Shown in pieces: positions 60,503 to 64,000 of a DNA stretch of 64,000 bases. Each line of letters starts with the position of its first letter. The first letter of the stretch is position 1. The notes under the pieces are model-generated. The model had not been told where the DNA came from, made no database searches, and saw only the letters and a list, made by a program, of their open reading frames with translations. A program made the translations under genes and the position numbers. This stretch comes from Toensbergia leucococca (Eukaryota): contig JALDZS010000016.1 in assembly GCA_022813965.1 (NCBI GenBank), forward strand, positions 1 to 64,000, read 5' to 3'.

Positions 60503-62349
60503 ATCGCCGATTACATCGAGCCGTATAAACCACTATTCACTCTAGGCTTTGTGCTTTTGCCCATTTCAACCGTTGATAGAGTCAAGACATGTTCTCGAGT
60601 CCAGCGGCTTGAATGAACTCGATTTACCTTTCGAGTTTGCCCGCTCTCTACGTGCGGAAGTCTTCCGCGTTTGTATTCTTAAAATGACAGGTTTTACATT
60701 GACAGAAGTACTCGGCACCTCAGCAAACCCACTTTCAATGGTAGAAAACTAAGCAAACTCACCATTATCCCCATACTCATGGCAAACAAGCTATCCTGCG
60801 ACCAACTCCTCGCCTAGACCCTCAATCCCCTATCTTTCGAGTCCAACCTTCTATCTCGTGAAGAAAGGACCACCGTCTGTCCGCTGCAAGGAGCCAGCTC
60901 ACCTCTAGTCAGCCCAAGTGTCATAGGTCCAAGTTTGAGAAATTTCAGGGTATGTCTGTACGGGTGCTACCTTTGTCCAACATCCTTCAACCTATCAAAG
61001 GCCCGAAGCAAGCAATATTGAAGGTTTCACCGCCATCTCGATTAAAACAACCTTTAAGGCTGTGCAAGGGGCATGGATCGGAGAAAATGAGGAAAACCGG
61101 GTAACGACTCATGTTCCGCAGAGACTTTGCATACCATTGCATGAGAAATCGAGGTTGGCTCATGCGTGATCCTGCCGGCTTTTCATTTGTCACCAGTCCT
61201 GTATGCTATCGTAGCCGTCTCTCTTGCCCTGTCCACCATATCCGAAGCCTTTGCCCTACCATTGGCATGGAGCTACCTCCTACCTTTGTGTAGGCTAACA
61301 GCTTGGTCACGTCATAGCAAACCCTAAAATGCTTGCTTGTTGCTCATTTAGTACGGTGTAGTAGCTAGTCACGCATCTTACGCTTCTCCTTATTCTTCAT
61401 CGAGGATCGCTCGGCGAATTGAGGCTATACTTTTATTGTGCGCATCTACCAGAGTCGTCCTTACTCCATCCTCAGCATTACCCTTAGTGACGTTATCATG
61501 TACTTTCTCTTCTGCCCTTTCATTTGCTAAGAGCATAAGGGAATCGAGATGAGACTTTTCTTTCCCTACCAAGGTAAATACGGCGTGCTCGTTCGCGAGA
61601 GGAAGGCAACATCCCAACGTTGAAGTAGGACAAGTCTAAGCATGACGGGAACGGATAGCCAGCAAGCCGAAGAGCATAGCGACACCGTTACGCTAATGTC
61701 GTCCATCGACCTATTCCTCCAAACCTCCTTGCTTCCAACAACTAGATCTCAGGCCTTTCCTTCATCGCTTCAAACTCTCCCCAATGCAGAGATATACGGG
61801 ATCACAGATCTTTGCCTCTGGGTCGATTGCAAAGACTCTAGGCAACCCTCCAGCCGGGATTGGGTGCTACAGGAAGAAATGCTTCAGATCCAAGCATGTT
61901 CCGAACGATGATAGGGACACACACATCCTACTTGGACCCTCACTCTGCAATATCAGCCCCTCAACAATGCACTTTCGATGGGGAAGTCAGTTCAGTTGGG
62001 AGCACAATGGAGAACCGCACAACACAAGCTCGAATTGGACTCCAAGATACCACATCGCGAAAAATTGGCTTTTCTAGCTCTTGTTGAAAATGCTCCCAGG
62101 AGAAGCACGCAATCTACTTTCTCCGCTCGGGCCATGACTGCCCATACGAAGTCTATATATCGATCGCATTGACAACAGCAAAAACACAAGTCCCAAAGCT
62201 ATGCAACAATCCCCGGCTTCCTTCCCAATTACGTGATTTTCCCCAACATTTCCCTCCTCCCAGCTCTCCCTCTCTCCTCTCCTCACCTCGCCTGCCTCTT
62301 TCAGTAGTCTCAGCATCTACCCTATATTATCCACTATTCGTCCTTCGCC

Positions 62350-64000
62350 TCAAGACCATACATCCTCCTGATACTGATCCGTCCCCCTCATCGCCTTCAC
62401 AATCTCCTCCCCCTTCTCCGCACTCAAGCCTCTCTGCTCCGCCACTATCTGGCCTAGCACCAAATTCACCTCGCGCGCCATATTGGAGGCGTCGCCGCAG
62501 ACGTAGAAGTTTGCCTTTTGCTGCAAGAGCTCGTTGATGTCGACGGCGTTTTCTTTGAGGCGATGCTGCACGTAAACCTTTCCGGATTGTTCGCGCGAGA
62601 AGGCGGTTATGAGCTTGAAGTTGTCGCCCAGGATCGATTTATAGCTCTGGATTGCAGAAGGGGTTAGTTGGTTGGTTTGGGAGCGTGGGAGAGGAAGTCA
62701 ATTAGAGATGTTTGGAGCTCAGAAAGAATATCTGATGTAGGCTTAAGGGTAGGAGAGATGTGGCTTACCTCCCATTCATCGCCGTAGAGGAAGTCTTCGT
62801 CGCTCTTTCTGCTGCCGGTGAACAACACCGTCTTTCCTACCGCCTCGCCGGCTTTAGCTTGCGCGGCTCGCTCTTGGACAAATCCTCGGAAAGGCGCAAC
62901 GCCTGTCCCTGGACCGACCATGATGATTGGCTTTGAGGGATCTGATGGAAGCTTGAAATTTGAGTGGCGCACGTGGACAGGGACGTGGATGCCATCGTAC
63001 TTATTACGCGGCCCGTTGATGGCGTATGTCAAGCCGTGAGGATCAGGGTTCGGATCACCGTGCATTTTCTGCTTGAGCGCGAGGAGGTAATTTGTCGTGA
63101 CGCCTTTGACTATGTTCTCGGAACCCGGTACGCGGATTTCTTCCACGACAGCGGTAATGGAGATTTTGTCTTTTTGGACGAGTGAGGATGAAGAGATGGA
63201 GTAGTAGCGGGGTTGAATCTTGTGGAGGCCTTCGATCATGATGGAGAAGGGGACGTTAACCCATTTACGGCCTTCGCCTACAACGTGGAGAACTTGAGCA
63301 ATGTTAAAGTATTGACTTGATACTTTTTCCTGGAAGTAGTCCTTGTCGGAGCCAAGCCTTGTCATTTCTGCTTTAGAGGTTTCGTCTGGAGCGAATCCAG
63401 CTAGTGAAGAAATGAACTGTCGGGATACTGGAGCGCAGATCTCCATGTGGTATCGGATCGCTGCGTCGTATGTGGTGGGTGTAGGGAAGGGTACTTTGGC
63501 CGTGGGATCTAGACCTTTTACGCTGATGACTGCGTGGCGCTTTTCTGTCATACCTAGGATCTCAAGGAAGCGATCGACCTCCTTTCCGGCGTTGGTAGGC
63601 CAGACGGCTACGTGATCACCAGTTTGGTAAGATAGATTCGATCCACTGACGTCGATTTCCATGTGTAGACAGTTCCGGTCCTTGACGGTGAAAAGCTCTT
63701 TTGATTCTACTATCGGCGCGATATAGGGGTTGTGCGAATTGTATGGTCCTTTGGATGTCCCTTCAAGGTGATTTTTGTTTGGTTCTCCGAGGTAGACCTC
63801 ATTTTCCTCGGGGCTCAAGTCTTCCTTTTCGGTGACGCTGAACACAGGCTCGTATACTGCCTCCCGCTCCTCGAGGCTCATCGTTTCAGCCAACTCGCTC
63901 CACATGGGTTCTTTCCACGCCAAGAAATCTTCTTCCATAGTCCCTGCGCCATCGTCGCCCTCTCCAGGTTCTCCAATTCTAGCCGCACCCAGCTTGACCA
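62350..64000 (-). CDS. cprA: NADPH-cytochrome P450 reductase (5'-truncated by the window edge; intron ~62647-62768)
   Basis: GEGDDG..MEEDF, RNCLHMEID, YQTGDH, PRYYSISSS, MVGPGTGVAPFRGF, AFSRE..KVYVQH, YVCGDA and terminal YQEDVWS. Confidence 0.97.

Noticed and set aside
61316..61330. aaaccctaaa as a telomerase RNA template or telomeric seed
   Set aside because: It is a single short match expected by chance, with no supporting repeats or structure.

Overview
This window is eukaryotic DNA from a filamentous ascomycete (Pezizomycotina). It has short spliceosomal introns with CTRAC branch points. The alternating C-rich and G-rich tracts at gene ends resemble lichen-forming Lecanoromycetes, but that placement is inference. 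The first ~11 kb is an accessory, immunity-like island of three genes. One is an NLR (SesB-like alpha/beta-hydrolase, NB-ARC, near-identical TPR repeats). It sits head-to-head with a DUF6601-like membrane protein, followed by a HeLo-like/Cys-rich/ankyrin protein. The rest is mostly compact housekeeping DNA. In order, it holds an MFS transporter, GDE1 (with a predicted 4-nt micro-exon in the catalytic motif), a large conserved hypothetical gene, a membrane-anchored histidine phosphatase and a LanC-like protein with a His->Gln active-site change. These are followed by a GT31 glycosyltransferase, ASA1, DBP7, PAN6, POP4, a SNF2-PHD remodeler convergent with a Clr2 homologue, and a small coiled-coil gene. 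The last block is a peroxisomal GPAT/DHAPAT (GC-AG intron, PTS1), RPN1, RIO2, a Rim4/Spo5-like RRM gene and the 3' part of NADPH-cytochrome P450 reductase. I recognised no tRNA, rRNA, CRISPR array or intact transposon. All exon models were derived by hand and all family calls come from motif recognition, with no database searches.
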